A stretch of DNA of 64,000 nt. Source: the human T2T-CHM13v2.0 reference genome, Homo sapiens. The position numbers and the translations under genes were made by a program. Below the pieces are notes generated by a model that ran no database searches, had not been told where the DNA came from, and saw only the letters and a program-made list of their open reading frames with translations. The stretch is taken from the NCBI RefSeq assembly GCF_009914755.1, contig NC_060929.1; one strand, written 5' to 3'. This document shows, piece after piece, positions 63,701 to 64,000 of this stretch (positions are counted from its first letter, which is position 1; each line of letters opens with the position of its first letter).

Positions 63701-64000
63701 AGGCAGAAAAGGAAATATCTTCGTATAAAAACTAGACAGAATCATTCTCAGAAACTGCTCTGCGATGTGTGCGTTCAACTCTCAGAGTTTAACTTTTCTT
63801 TTCATTCAGCAGTTTGGAAACACTCTGTTTGTAAAGTCTGCACGTGGATATTTTGACCACTTAGAGGCCTTCGTTGGAAACGGGTTTTTTTCCTGTAAGG
63901 CTAGACAGAAGAATTCCCAGTAACTTCCTTGTGTTGTGTACATTCAACTCACAGAGTTGAACGTTCCCTTAGACAGAGCAGATTTGAAACACTCTTTTTG

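Larger units (their letters stand above)
1..64000 (+). repeat. Centromeric alpha-satellite higher-order-repeat array, suprachromosomal family 1 (J1/J2 dimeric type), human-type
   Basis: Seen: continuous ~170/340-bp periodicity. Canonical alphoid motifs (CATTCTCAGAAACT, GTTCAACTCACAGAG, GGAAACACTCT, AAAGGAAATATCTT, CTAGACAGAA) recur throughout. A CENP-B box sits in every second monomer and GAATTC recurs every ~340 bp. Known: alternating box+/box- dimers with 340-bp EcoRI periodicity characterise SF1 arrays. Confidence 0.98.
1..64000 (+). repeat. Probable D1Z7/D5Z2/D19Z3 (S1C1/5/19H1L)-family live HOR array; chromosome not determined
   Basis: Monomers CATTCTCAGAAACTGCTCTGCGATG...GACCACTTAGAGGCC, GTTCCCTTAGACAGAGC and CATTCCCACAAACTGCGTTGTG...TCTGACATCTTGTGGCC resemble my recollection of the chr1/5/19 HOR monomers. 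This is recall, not a search result. D16Z2 is closely related and not excluded. Confidence 0.65.

Noticed and set aside
1-64000. CRISPR-like array (conserved 17-bp motif or palindrome at regular spacing)
   Set aside because: The intervening sequences are near-identical repeats rather than unique spacers, the period is 340 bp, and there are no cas genes. The motif is the CENP-B box.
1-64000. L1/Alu/other insertion or an inversion within the array
   Set aside because: The dimer register is continuous from 1 to 64000 with only 1-4 bp indels. I saw no non-alphoid sequence, poly(A) tail or strand switch.
1-64000. Assignment to a specific chromosome or to the kinetochore/CDR site
   Set aside because: The chr1/5/19 arrays share monomers and D16Z2 is related, so assignment needs an alignment search. 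CDR status needs methylation or CENP-A data.

Overview
The whole 64 kb is one uninterrupted, single-orientation array of human-type centromeric alpha satellite. It is built from ~171-bp monomers paired into ~340-bp dimers. Nearly every dimer carries a CENP-B box (CTTCGTTGGAAACGGG[A/T]) and most carry an EcoRI site, which is the suprachromosomal family 1 (J1/J2) organisation. From recall it best matches the D1Z7/D5Z2/D19Z3 (S1C1/5/19H1L) family; D16Z2 is not excluded. There are no genes, RNA genes, transposon insertions or inversions, and the listed ORFs are repeat artefacts. I found no new gene system. The informative content is the array architecture, read by eye using diagnostic variants. 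A 680-bp 4-mer backbone (dimers A+B) is punctuated by 26 'C' cassettes, giving repeat units of 8-28 monomers. Two cassette lineages alternate strictly over ~27 kb. There is a recent 9,174-bp (54-mer) tandem duplication and a 3,738-bp (22-mer) one. Several hybrid junctions exist, two of which map onto CENP-B boxes. I also found four core-disrupted CENP-B boxes and local patches of private mutations. Dimer labels A-G are my own working labels.
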